Part shown: in pieces, positions 1 to 9,152 of the stretch
Numbering within the stretch: the first letter of the stretch is position 1
How the letters are laid out: each line of letters begins with the position of its first letter
From: Patescibacteria group bacterium
GTDB lineage: Bacteria; Patescibacteriota; Microgenomatia; Levybacterales; UBA12049
Length of the DNA stretch: 58,718 nt
Reading direction: 5' to 3'
Assembly (NCBI GenBank): GCA_038063415.1
Contig: JBBTVD010000021.1
Coordinates: 1 to 58,718, forward strand
The notes under the pieces: model-generated
The model's input: only the letters and a program-made list of their open reading frames with translations
Told to the model about the DNA's origin: nothing
The model's database searches: none
Made by a program: the position numbers and the translations under genes

Positions 1-306
1 AACACCTTCTTTTACCGCGTATTGCACGCCATACGCTATAAAATTTGTAGGATTTAATTCATTTGCCGGACGTCTCGCAAAAAGAGCCATAAGTGCTTCT
101 TCATGTTCTTTTTCAGGCTTGGTAATATCTTTTTTTGGTGTTGGAGTAGGTGTAGCTGAAGGGGTAGCGGTAGGTGTGATACTGAGAATGGCTGAAATTT
201 CTTCTACCTCAATAAGTTGCCCCTCTACTTGAGCTAAAGCCGAGCTGGCTCCAACAAAATTAAACAAGGAAACTAAGGCTAGAAGTGGGAGAAAAAACTT
301 CCGCAT
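1..306 (-). CDS. Partial CDS (runs off the window's left edge): signal peptide, PT-rich linker, then probable start of a 7TM (7TM_transglut-like) membrane protein
   Basis: Not in ORF track. Own translation from ATG at 306: MRKFFLPLLALVSLFNFVGASSALAQ...TPTATPSATPTPTPKK...NPTNFIAYGVQYAVKEGV, open to the edge; TATAAT at 314-319. Family guess rests on the 'NF..Y.V.YAV.EGV' segment only. Confidence 0.6.
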   Translation of the reverse strand, partial: MRKFFLPLLALVSLFNFVGASSALAQVEGQLIEVEEISAILSITPTATPSATPTPTPKKDITKPEKEHEEALMALFARRPANELNPTNFIAYGVQYAVKEGV

Positions 307-342
307 CCAAAGAATTATACGCAATCACAAATAAAAACACAA

Positions 343-537
343 TTAAGCTTTTATTCTTTGCTCTTCTTCATCGGGTTCATTTTTTCCTGTTCGTTCTGAT
401 TTTCTGCCTTTAACGAAAGGATGCCCATGCAAGGTGCATGATGCATCACCACAAGCAGTCAAACCATTTTTGTATTGGTCTTCTGTTATAACAGCGTGAC
501 AACTACCTAAACAAACATAGGTTGATTGATTATCCAT
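343..537 (-). CDS. Small Cys/His-rich putative metal-binding protein (64 aa)
   Basis: MDNQSTYVCLGSCH...CGDASCTLHGHP; strong SD (GGAGGTGA) 5 nt upstream of ATG 537, so start moved from 546. Confidence 0.7.
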   Translation of the reverse strand: MDNQSTYVCLGSCHAVITEDQYKNGLTACGDASCTLHGHPFVKGRKSERTGKNEPDEEEQRIKA

Positions 538-653
538 GTGTCTCACCTCCCTTCTCTAGTAAGTCTACATTATTATTCTATAAATAAAAAGGTCGATACA
601 CTGATAAAAAATCCCTTTATCCATCTGTTGCATTTATCTGCTAAAATAGATGT

Positions 654-1451
654 ATGGAGAAAGAGAACATATCCCCTTTAGATACAAATTCAGAAGACCA
701 ACTGGTCAAACCAGTAGATATTGTCCCCGAACAAGAATCACGACTAGAAAAACATAAAGAAAAATCAGCGAGGAAAAATGTGCTTTTTGTGTTTGGTGGT
801 ATTCTTCTCCTTGCTCTCTTCCTTTTCTTCTTTGGCGTGCCATTACTTGTGGGATTCAGTACGACACTTGGACTTATCCAAAACGATACTTCCCAACCTA
901 ACACTCAAGAAGAAACAGTATTTATTGCTCCCCCATTACTTGATATTCCCTTTGAATCGACCAGAAGCGCGGAGATTACACTCCAAGGGAGTGCCCCCGG
1001 AGATGAGCTTTCTGTGGACTTATATAACAATGGAAATCTTATCGACAGCACGGCCGTCAAAAAAGATGGCAGTTTTGTCTTCCAAAAGGTTCTGTTGGAA
1101 AAAGGAGGAAATATTATAAAAGCAAAAACAACCAATGAGAAAGATCAAGAAAGTAAATTTTCTGAATCATTTGTGATAACCTACCGAGATAGTGCACCAG
1201 AAGTAGAAATTAGCTCTCCATCTGATGGAGCAACCTTTAAAAAAGAGACTAGTCCACTTACTGTTACTGGAAAAACTGATTCTGGGGAAAATAATGTGAC
1301 AATTAATGACTTCCGTGCGATTGTCGATGCTGACGGCGCATTCTCCTACCGACTTCCGCTGCATGATGGAGAAAATAAAATAACTGTTATCGCAACAGAC
1401 GATGCTGGAAATGAAGGGAAAAAAGAGATAACGATTAAGGTTGAGAACTAA
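654..1451 (+). CDS. Membrane-anchored protein with tandem bacterial Ig-like domains
   Basis: One N-terminal TM, then two beta-sandwich repeats (L..G.N.I..., 'ATDDAGN' turn); TGcTAAAAT 6 nt before ATG. Confidence 0.75.
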   Translation: MEKENISPLDTNSEDQLVKPVDIVPEQESRLEKHKEKSARKNVLFVFGGILLLALFLFFFGVPLLVGFSTTLGLIQNDTSQPNTQEETVFIAPPLLDIPFESTRSAEITLQGSAPGDELSVDLYNNGNLIDSTAVKKDGSFVFQKVLLEKGGNIIKAKTTNEKDQESKFSESFVITYRDSAPEVEISSPSDGATFKKETSPLTVTGKTDSGENNVTINDFRAIVDADGAFSYRLPLHDGENKITVIATDDAGNEGKKEITIKVEN

Positions 1452-2649
1452 GAGTTATCCCGAGTAGCACAAATAACCACAGCATTAACGGAGCAAAAAA
1501 GAGGCTATTGATAAAAAGAGCATGAACAAAAAGACCCAATACTGAGGCTATTGCAACGGTCGGGAAAATAAGGTTTTTCTTCCGCTCATTTCGTAAACGA
1601 ATAAAAACACAGAACCAAAGCCAAAGATACGGACCAAATCCGATAACTCCTGTTGTTGCAAGCACAAAAAGAAAACTGTTATCAACTCCAGCATCAGCAT
1701 GAGAGGGAGCGCCTGTCCACCCAGCCTTGATACCATACAAATCTTTGGCATATCGATAACTATTAAAACCTACACCTAGAAGCGGTCTTTCCTGAATAAT
1801 TTGTATAGCTACCGCATAATTTTCTAAACGTGCCTTACTGGATGCTTCGCGAAAGATGTTGACGTTTTCGATATAGAATTGTGAAGAGATTGCAGAAAAA
1901 AAGAGTATTACTACCCCAATGATTAAAAAGAATAGCTTTTTCTTGCCCAGAAGAAAGAACAAAACACCACTACCTATGATCAACATAAGAAGAGCTGCTC
2001 TTGAGAAAGTAAGAAAAACTGCCAACAGTGTCAAGAGAAGTACAAGAGAAAGTAACATTATTTGTTTTCTCCTGCCAGTATGAGGTTTTTTAAAAAGTAG
2101 TCCTGCAACAAAAAGGAAGTATAGAACAAAGAAACCTCCAGCAAAATTGGGGTCGAGAAAAACAGAAAACATCCGGTACATATGATCATCCCATCCCAGA
2201 TGATACCAACCTTTTAAGCTTGAAAAGAAGAAATACTGTAAATAGCCAATAACAAGAATAAACAATCCATCAAAAAAGAGTAACCAAGTAAGTTTTTGTT
2301 TAAAATGCTTATCAAATTGAAGAATAATCAGCAGAAGCATAGCATAGCTTATCCAACGAAGAAGATATAAGAAAGAAATGAAAAATTCTAATGGTGCAAG
2401 CCAAGTAATATTAATCAAAAGGGCAATAGCTCCAATACTTGCAACAATAAGGATTGGTTTGAGTAATCGATCGGGGGATTTTTTTCGTATATATTGTTTT
2501 ATTAACCAGATACTTCCTACCAATGCCGTAATCCCGACAAGTAGATCAAGGGGCTTAATCCCAACGGTAGTCCCAATATCCAAACGAAGAAATTCTCCAA
2601 AAGGAAACAGAATCAGACATCCTATGATAAGTACCTTAAGCAATTTCAT
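1435..2649 (-). CDS. O-antigen ligase/Wzy_C family membrane protein
   Basis: Polytopic; motifs R..SVFLDPN, LTFSRAA, RPLLGVG, DNSFL...ATTGVIG. Confidence 0.85.
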   Translation of the reverse strand: MKLLKVLIIGCLILFPFGEFLRLDIGTTVGIKPLDLLVGITALVGSIWLIKQYIRKKSPDRLLKPILIVASIGAIALLINITWLAPLEFFISFLYLLRWISYAMLLLIILQFDKHFKQKLTWLLFFDGLFILVIGYLQYFFFSSLKGWYHLGWDDHMYRMFSVFLDPNFAGGFFVLYFLFVAGLLFKKPHTGRRKQIMLLSLVLLLTLLAVFLTFSRAALLMLIIGSGVLFFLLGKKKLFFLIIGVVILFFSAISSQFYIENVNIFREASSKARLENYAVAIQIIQERPLLGVGFNSYRYAKDLYGIKAGWTGAPSHADAGVDNSFLFVLATTGVIGFGPYLWLWFCVFIRLRNERKKNLIFPTVAIASVLGLFVHALFINSLFFAPLMLWLFVLLGITLSSQP

Positions 2650-4253
2650 TTTTTCTTATACAATTTTACCATTGTTCTCTCATTGTGATAGATGAGACGC
2701 CAATCTGCATATTCTTTTGGCAAATCAGCTTTTTGCGTAGCTATATAGTTGAAAATATCTTCTTTTCTTCGCCAGCTTGCATCAACAAAAGGAAAATCAA
2801 CGTAGTAAAGATTATGGAAACCATAAAGTAGTACACGATCCTTGCTTGTCAGATGCTTTTTGAAATATCCATCAGTGTCATAAAAATCAGCAAAAGCAAA
2901 ATTAAGCTGCCGTGTTAAAAAAGCTTCTTTACTTTCTTTTCCAATAATCACCGAAATATATTTCATATTTGCGGCGAAACGATAACAAATGGTAAATAAT
3001 GAAACAAAAATAATAACACCAATAAGAAAATTAGAAAAGAATTTTCCGTACTTTTTTGTATTACTCATAAAGTAATCCAAAATAAACACACAAAGTAAAG
3101 AAAATGCTGGCAAATAAGGTAAGATAAAACGCCCGCCACCTGTACGTGGTGTAAAATACCAGACGATAATTGCACACAAACTATACATAGCAATAATCTT
3201 TATTTCTCTCTTCATTTTGCCAAAACAAAAAACGAGCAGTGGTGAAAGCATGACATACAGTGGAGAAAGTCGGTCAGAAGCATGTGTAAAGACAATCCAC
3301 ACCTCTTGCAAAAAGTTTTGCAAACTTACCGGTTCAGGTGTTATGGAATAGATATCACTAAAGAATGGATAAACTGGATTACCTGTGTGAAGATAGGTAA
3401 AGATAAACCATGGTAATGGAATAAGTAAAGCAAAAGATAGGTAAAAAAACATACTCTGGAACTTTTTCACCACTGCTTCTCTTTTTAAGAAAATAAGAAG
3501 CAAAAAGATAAGTATGCTTCCCATTGCTAGTAATTTTGTTGTTATAGCAAAACCGAGCAATATTGCCGATAAAATAAGCCATTTTCGTTTATCCCCTTCC
3601 CACCAATTGATAACTGCCCAAAGTGCCATTATTTCAAAAAAGGCTCTGACAAGGTCAACATATGCAGTAATTGATTCCCAAGCAACAACAAAATTTGAAT
3701 AAAAAATAACGACTGCAATAAGAGAAATCAGGGGTGAGTAGAATTTGCGAGTAAAGAGATAGAGAGCAAAACAAGTTAATAAACCAAAAGAAAAATGAAT
3801 AAGCTTAACGGTTATTTCATTACCAAAACTAAGACCTGCCACATACAGCATCTCGGCAAGTTTGGGCATAGCACTGTAATACAAGAGTCCCCCTGGAAGA
3901 AATGAAATAGTATGTTCTTGCAAATACAACTTAGGGAGTGTCAGATGGTACCATAGGGCGTCAAATGCGAGTTCTGGACCGAAAACGCCAATAAGATTGA
4001 CCAATGCCTGAATAACAAAAAGTAATAGAAGTAAAAACATAGTCTTGTCATGCTGAAGGTGTTTCAGCATCTTATGCAAAACATTTTTAAGATTCTTAAG
4101 AGAAGCGAAAAAACTTTTTCTATAAAGGAGAAGGATGCCTCCCCAAAAGATAAGAGTCATCCATACAATAATCTCTTGATAAAGTAAGCCCGTAAGCCCC
4201 AGAAAAAAGATTAGGTATGAATAGAGACCAAGAAGAAGAGCAAAAAGAAACAT
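2646..4253 (-). CDS. GT-C (ArnT/PMT-like) membrane glycosyltransferase
   Basis: ~13 TMs, 'FDALWYHL.LPK', 'YVDL', 'TGNPVYPFF', 'RF.LP' motifs, small C-terminal soluble domain. Confidence 0.75.
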   Translation of the reverse strand: MFLFALLLGLYSYLIFFLGLTGLLYQEIIVWMTLIFWGGILLLYRKSFFASLKNLKNVLHKMLKHLQHDKTMFLLLLLFVIQALVNLIGVFGPELAFDALWYHLTLPKLYLQEHTISFLPGGLLYYSAMPKLAEMLYVAGLSFGNEITVKLIHFSFGLLTCFALYLFTRKFYSPLISLIAVVIFYSNFVVAWESITAYVDLVRAFFEIMALWAVINWWEGDKRKWLILSAILLGFAITTKLLAMGSILIFLLLIFLKREAVVKKFQSMFFYLSFALLIPLPWFIFTYLHTGNPVYPFFSDIYSITPEPVSLQNFLQEVWIVFTHASDRLSPLYVMLSPLLVFCFGKMKREIKIIAMYSLCAIIVWYFTPRTGGGRFILPYLPAFSLLCVFILDYFMSNTKKYGKFFSNFLIGVIIFVSLFTICYRFAANMKYISVIIGKESKEAFLTRQLNFAFADFYDTDGYFKKHLTSKDRVLLYGFHNLYYVDFPFVDASWRRKEDIFNYIATQKADLPKEYADWRLIYHNERTMVKLYKKK

Positions 4254-4300
4254 GATTACTTCTTATTATACGCTATGCGAGCTTTATACTATTATGGTAC

Positions 4301-6526
4301 TTATAGTCCGTTTTTTAATTCAGTAAAATCATAGAGAAGTATTTCTTTTGCTGTCGGGTCTAACAATTTTTTGGGACTTGTCTTGAGATGCTTTTCTCCA
4401 CTTTCGAGCAACTTTTTTGCCTGTAGTTGATATCCTCTCTTATATAACTTTTCCGACTTTTTTACCAAATTCGTTAAGCTTATAGCTAGAGAAATATGAA
4501 TCTTTTTGAGCTTCTTTAACTCATTGATATCTTCCAGTGTACTATGGAATGTTACATTCTTCTTGAGGTTTGATTTGGAAAGTACTTGTTTGTCAAATGA
4601 TAGTAAGAACATTTCTTCTTGGCCTGACGCAAGTACACCTCTGACTATCTGAAATTTACTTTCACCATCTTGTGTAATAAGAGTCGCATCTAATTGAATA
4701 TCTTTCGTTGTTGATGAACTAATTTCTACAGTATATGTCCCAGTTTTTGGTTTTGCATACGTAAGTATTTTTAACGGCATTATTAAGTTTGGTTTATAGC
4801 CATTTTCTGTTGGATTGCCAGGTCCATTATCCGTATACGTTTTCCCTACACTATTTCCTTGTGAGTCTCTCAGGATGAGAGAAACTCCATCATCAACTAC
4901 CAATGAAATATAGGACATATCAGAATGAGCAGGGACAAATCGTCTTACTGATGCAGCGGTATTTCCATAATCAGCCAAAGTGCTTCTTGAATAGAAGGGA
5001 TCGTTAATGGTCACGTTATCATCAGCATCTATACCCTTGGCAACAACAAAGTGCATTCCAAAAGGAGTGTTTTCTTGCAAGATATTGGGGATACTATGCT
5101 TTAAGTCATCGAAGAGCTTTGTCGCATTATATGTCCAATCATCATCTACCTCCAGTGAACTATAGGTAAAAGATGGATTAACAGATTTTGCCTTATGAGC
5201 GACGGTGACAGCTACAGCCCAATTGATTCCAAGGTTCCTGTTATAACCTCCAGGCGTCTGTTTTAACCAGGCGTTCAGTGTGCCCGGATGCAAATCTTGA
5301 CCATTAGGCAATTTCATAACACCATAATAATTAAGAACCATTGCGACAGAACTCGTGGCACAACCACATTGTGCCATAGTTGTCCCACAAGAAAACTGTC
5401 CTGCACTCGCATGGTCAAATTCATCTCGTTCCCAAATAGGAAAATTGTCATTTGTCGGATTAATCCCTTGTTTATAAAGAAGCATAGGAAGGTCTAACGG
5501 TAAACCATGAATATAAATCCCTTTATTGGTTGCTACGTATAAAGTATTCTCGTTAATAGAGAGCCAATTTATCTGCATATCAGCTAACGAATCACTCATA
5601 CTTACCCAGCTTACTCCACCGTCTTTACTCTGATAGATATTACCGTTACTTGCTACATATACGGTATTTTCTCTTATTGGATCGGTTATAATATTTTGCT
5701 CTACTTTCCCTAAAAAGGAACTACTTGGAAGAAAATTCCAACTCTGCGCACCATCTAACGTCTTATAGATTCCATTACTTTCTGTCCCAGCATACAAAAC
5801 ATTTGTATCGTTTGGATCAATAGCCAAACCCCTTACTGCTCCAGATGCACCGTTACCGAAAATACTCGCGTCAACGGCTGTCCAATGAGAAGTTGTTGCA
5901 GCGTCCATATTTTTGTAAACGCTTTTTCCTCCAACATAAAGAATATTAGTATTTTTTGGATCTAATAAAACTCGATATATGTCACATGCGGGAGCGTTTC
6001 TTGTCCAATTAATCCCTCCATCAGTGCTTTTCCAAAAACCACCACATGCACTATATATACCAACATAGAGATTGTTTGTATTTAATGGATCTATTGCAAT
6101 ATCAAAAACATATGGAGTTCCAATATTCATACTGATGTCTGTCCAAGTATTCCCGCGATTGATGCTTTTGTAAAGTTTTGAAACTGCTGATACTGCATAA
6201 ACTATGTTTGTATTTGACGGATCTACTTCTATCTTATGTATATTTGTTGATGCTATATCGGCTATTCCATTATTGATCGATTCCCATGAAGAGCCTCCAT
6301 TTGTAGATCTAAATATGCCTGAACTAACCGTCCCTGCATATAAAACATTTGAGTCTACTGGATCAACAACAATTGACTGCACTTGATAATTTTGAAGCCC
6401 TACATATGTCCATTGAGCTACAGAGGCTTCTGCTGTAAAAACAGTGGGAACTACTAGAGAAACCAAAAGTAATAAACTAAGATATATAGCCACCCGAGGA
6501 ATATGTAAAGAATATTTAGTATTCAT
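4301..6526 (-). CDS. Secreted multidomain protein: BNR/VPS10-like beta-propeller, C39-like cysteine peptidase, C-terminal beta and helical modules
   Basis: Signal peptide; repeated Asp-boxes (STNGGSSW, SINRGNTW, STDGGINW, TLDGAQSW, SKDGGVSW); peptidase motifs YKQ, GCATSSVAMVL, HFVV, INDP. Confidence 0.75.
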   Translation of the reverse strand: MNTKYSLHIPRVAIYLSLLLLVSLVVPTVFTAEASVAQWTYVGLQNYQVQSIVVDPVDSNVLYAGTVSSGIFRSTNGGSSWESINNGIADIASTNIHKIEVDPSNTNIVYAVSAVSKLYKSINRGNTWTDISMNIGTPYVFDIAIDPLNTNNLYVGIYSACGGFWKSTDGGINWTRNAPACDIYRVLLDPKNTNILYVGGKSVYKNMDAATTSHWTAVDASIFGNGASGAVRGLAIDPNDTNVLYAGTESNGIYKTLDGAQSWNFLPSSSFLGKVEQNIITDPIRENTVYVASNGNIYQSKDGGVSWVSMSDSLADMQINWLSINENTLYVATNKGIYIHGLPLDLPMLLYKQGINPTNDNFPIWERDEFDHASAGQFSCGTTMAQCGCATSSVAMVLNYYGVMKLPNGQDLHPGTLNAWLKQTPGGYNRNLGINWAVAVTVAHKAKSVNPSFTYSSLEVDDDWTYNATKLFDDLKHSIPNILQENTPFGMHFVVAKGIDADDNVTINDPFYSRSTLADYGNTAASVRRFVPAHSDMSYISLVVDDGVSLILRDSQGNSVGKTYTDNGPGNPTENGYKPNLIMPLKILTYAKPKTGTYTVEISSSTTKDIQLDATLITQDGESKFQIVRGVLASGQEEMFLLSFDKQVLSKSNLKKNVTFHSTLEDINELKKLKKIHISLAISLTNLVKKSEKLYKRGYQLQAKKLLESGEKHLKTSPKKLLDPTAKEILLYDFTELKNGL

Positions 6527-6597
6527 TACATTAATAATAGATATTTATCTAGTATTAAGTCAATAGGATTTTGTCTATCATAATAAGATTAAGTGGG

Positions 6598-8322
6598 TCA
6601 AAATTTAAAGATATAATATTCTTCCCTTTTTCCAACAAAAGTTAAGGATGGACACTGCTTAAGCCTATTAATAACAAATTGCCCATCAAACTCCGTCTTT
6701 CCTTCTTCAAATTCGAGGTCGTACATTCTTTTATCAATGATAATATAGGTTACTCCCAAATTTTTTATGCTTTTAAGAGTTTCTTCACTCGGAAAGTCGC
6801 TTCGTAACTTTTCAAGGAGATTTTGCCATGGGGGTGGAGAGAATCCGCTGTAGCCGTTAACAGTTCTTCTGAAGTTAGTAGTAGAAAAGTATTGCCTTAG
6901 TATTTCCTCTTGTGGGTAAGTCATATTCCAATTATACGCAGGCATAAAGATAACACTTGTATTTGCAGGTGTTGTGTTTAGCCATGAATAGACTGATGGG
7001 AATTCTTTCGTTTGTGGAATGTTGACAAGTGTTATAGGAAATTTAAACTCTGCAACTACTAACAAAATGAATAACAGATAAACCGCAATTCTCGACTTGA
7101 AAGAAAATCTTTTCAACAATTGCGATAAAACAATTGCTATCGCAACAGCCATACAGAGAATAAATAACATCTCCCATCTTGCTGAATTTCTAAATCCCTG
7201 GAAACCAGGTAAAAGATAATAAAAAAGCGCATAAGGTAGTGGAATGGGAAAAGGATCATGAATTGTTTGTCTACCTAAATGCAAAGCCGAACCAAGGCTT
7301 AATATCCCTCCCACAAAGGCAATACTTATAAAAGAATTAATGACTGCATCTTTTCTCCTAAAAAACTTTATGCAGTAAAAAATAGCGATACTACTGAGTA
7401 ATGAAAAAACAAACCCAATATATCCCGGTTTAAAATACCTCTCTGGTGCTTGTTGATTAAAGGGTATTGCAAGGAGATAATCCTGTAGCCGGGTATGTAC
7501 TGAAGGATAGAAGAAATCTTCAGGCTGTAAAGCGAAATGTATTGTTTCACGAATATCTCTTGTGTAATTAAATTCATTTGAGACTTGATAATAAGGAAGA
7601 ACAACAGGAAGCAATAAAACAGAGGTTAACACAAAAAGGCCTATCGTTTTTTTTGTCAAAAGCTTTAACATGAGGGATTCTTTATACAAGAAAAAATACA
7701 TTGAAATAATTAGCAAAGAAAAAATAATAAAATACCCAGGAAGAAAGCTATTATATGTTTGAAGTAAAAAGAATAATAAACTAATAACTAAATACCTTGT
7801 TTTTCCTGAATATATAAAAATAAGATAAAACAATACTGATAGGGGAACCCAAAATATTGCTAGGATTTGCACGTGTGTTGATTTATCAAGTACTGCTGGC
7901 GAATAAATGACAAGTATCCCTGCAAGTAACGATGGTAAAAAATTCTTTGTCAGATAAAAAGACAGCAAATAGATCGAAAAACCAAGTAATATAAGTGAAG
8001 AAAGAAGCGTAAAATTAAAGATAACGATTGGCTCTTTCATTATTTGGAATGGGATAAAAGCCAGAATGCTTGAGGTTAGGAAAAGATCTGAGTAAGCAAG
8101 AGTATTATGATAAGGGAAATACGTATTTGCTTCAAAAAGCGACAAGATATTTCCTGTTTGGAGTATATGGATTACCCAGTTCTGTATCCACGAAATGACA
8201 AGCTCATCCCCTATCCCTACAGACATGTCCCCAAGATGAAAAGCTAAAGGGAAAGTAATATAAATGCCTGAAGCAACGAAAATGAGCAAAGAAAAAAAAG
8301 CAGGAAAAAATTTATTGTGCAC
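6598..8322 (-). CDS. Polytopic membrane protein, GT-C/YfhO-like
   Basis: Many TMs, 'FEANTYFPYHNTLAYSD', 'FRNSARW', 'VNGYSGF.P', 'LGVTYIII' C-terminal domain. Confidence 0.7.
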   Translation of the reverse strand: MHNKFFPAFFSLLIFVASGIYITFPLAFHLGDMSVGIGDELVISWIQNWVIHILQTGNILSLFEANTYFPYHNTLAYSDLFLTSSILAFIPFQIMKEPIVIFNFTLLSSLILLGFSIYLLSFYLTKNFLPSLLAGILVIYSPAVLDKSTHVQILAIFWVPLSVLFYLIFIYSGKTRYLVISLLFFLLQTYNSFLPGYFIIFSLLIISMYFFLYKESLMLKLLTKKTIGLFVLTSVLLLPVVLPYYQVSNEFNYTRDIRETIHFALQPEDFFYPSVHTRLQDYLLAIPFNQQAPERYFKPGYIGFVFSLLSSIAIFYCIKFFRRKDAVINSFISIAFVGGILSLGSALHLGRQTIHDPFPIPLPYALFYYLLPGFQGFRNSARWEMLFILCMAVAIAIVLSQLLKRFSFKSRIAVYLLFILLVVAEFKFPITLVNIPQTKEFPSVYSWLNTTPANTSVIFMPAYNWNMTYPQEEILRQYFSTTNFRRTVNGYSGFSPPPWQNLLEKLRSDFPSEETLKSIKNLGVTYIIIDKRMYDLEFEEGKTEFDGQFVINRLKQCPSLTFVGKREEYYIFKF

Positions 8323-8378
8323 AAGTTATTAGCTTACACACTAATTTGAATAAATACAAGGATAATATTAATAGTTTT

Positions 8379-9152
8379 TTACAGGTGGTTTCCTTTTTCT
8401 GTGCTTATATTCTTTGACTCTAGTGCCCATAGCTTCCCTCGTACCAAAAAGGAATGGAACGACATCATAAGCGCAAAGACCAGTCCTTGTAGGCCATCCA
8501 GAAAGCCCAGCTTGAAGAAATAGTTCACAACAAATTTCCCTGCCGGATAGACAACTATTTGCCAAGGAGCCACAGGCACTTTTTTCTTATGCAATTCTTG
8601 TGCCCGAAGATCAGTATAATAATTAATCTCCTTCAAGAAGGAAGCTACAGTTTGATGAGGATAGTGCATTATAGCTTTTTTAAGGAGTAACGTTTTTCCT
8701 TTTACCTTCCAACGCTCATGCACTTGCCCTTCCCATTCCCCTGCATCTTTTTTTGCTAAACGAAGTAAATTGATATTGCCAGTCTCTCCATGTTTTAGTT
8801 CTTTTCCCCACATCGTGTCAATTCGTTTTATAAAAAATCCATTGTACTGGCTACTTGGATTGTTTGTCTCTTCCATGATCTCATACCAGAGGGCTGAGGT
8901 TACCTTCTCGTCAGCGTCGATAAAAAGTACCCAGTCACCAGATGCTTGTGCGAGGCCGAAATTCCGCTGTGCAGCAAAGTCATTTCCAAGACTATGGGTA
9001 ACAACTTTGGCACCCATTTTTTCGGCTATCGCGACTGTCTTATCGGTAGAATGGTCGTTGATGACAATAATTTCATCACACCAGGCAACACTTTCAAGAC
9101 ATCGTTTGATATCTGCTTCTTCGTTTTTTGCTAAAATAACTACACTAATCAT
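8379..9152 (-). CDS. GT2 glycosyltransferase (beta-1,4-glucosyltransferase WaaE/KdtX-like)
   Basis: ISVVILAKNEE, STDKT, AAQRNFG, FIDADE, VHE, GFLDG motifs. Confidence 0.9.
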   Translation of the reverse strand: MISVVILAKNEEADIKRCLESVAWCDEIIVINDHSTDKTVAIAEKMGAKVVTHSLGNDFAAQRNFGLAQASGDWVLFIDADEKVTSALWYEIMEETNNPSSQYNGFFIKRIDTMWGKELKHGETGNINLLRLAKKDAGEWEGQVHERWKVKGKTLLLKKAIMHYPHQTVASFLKEINYYTDLRAQELHKKKVPVAPWQIVVYPAGKFVVNYFFKLGFLDGLQGLVFALMMSFHSFLVRGKLWALESKNISTEKGNHL

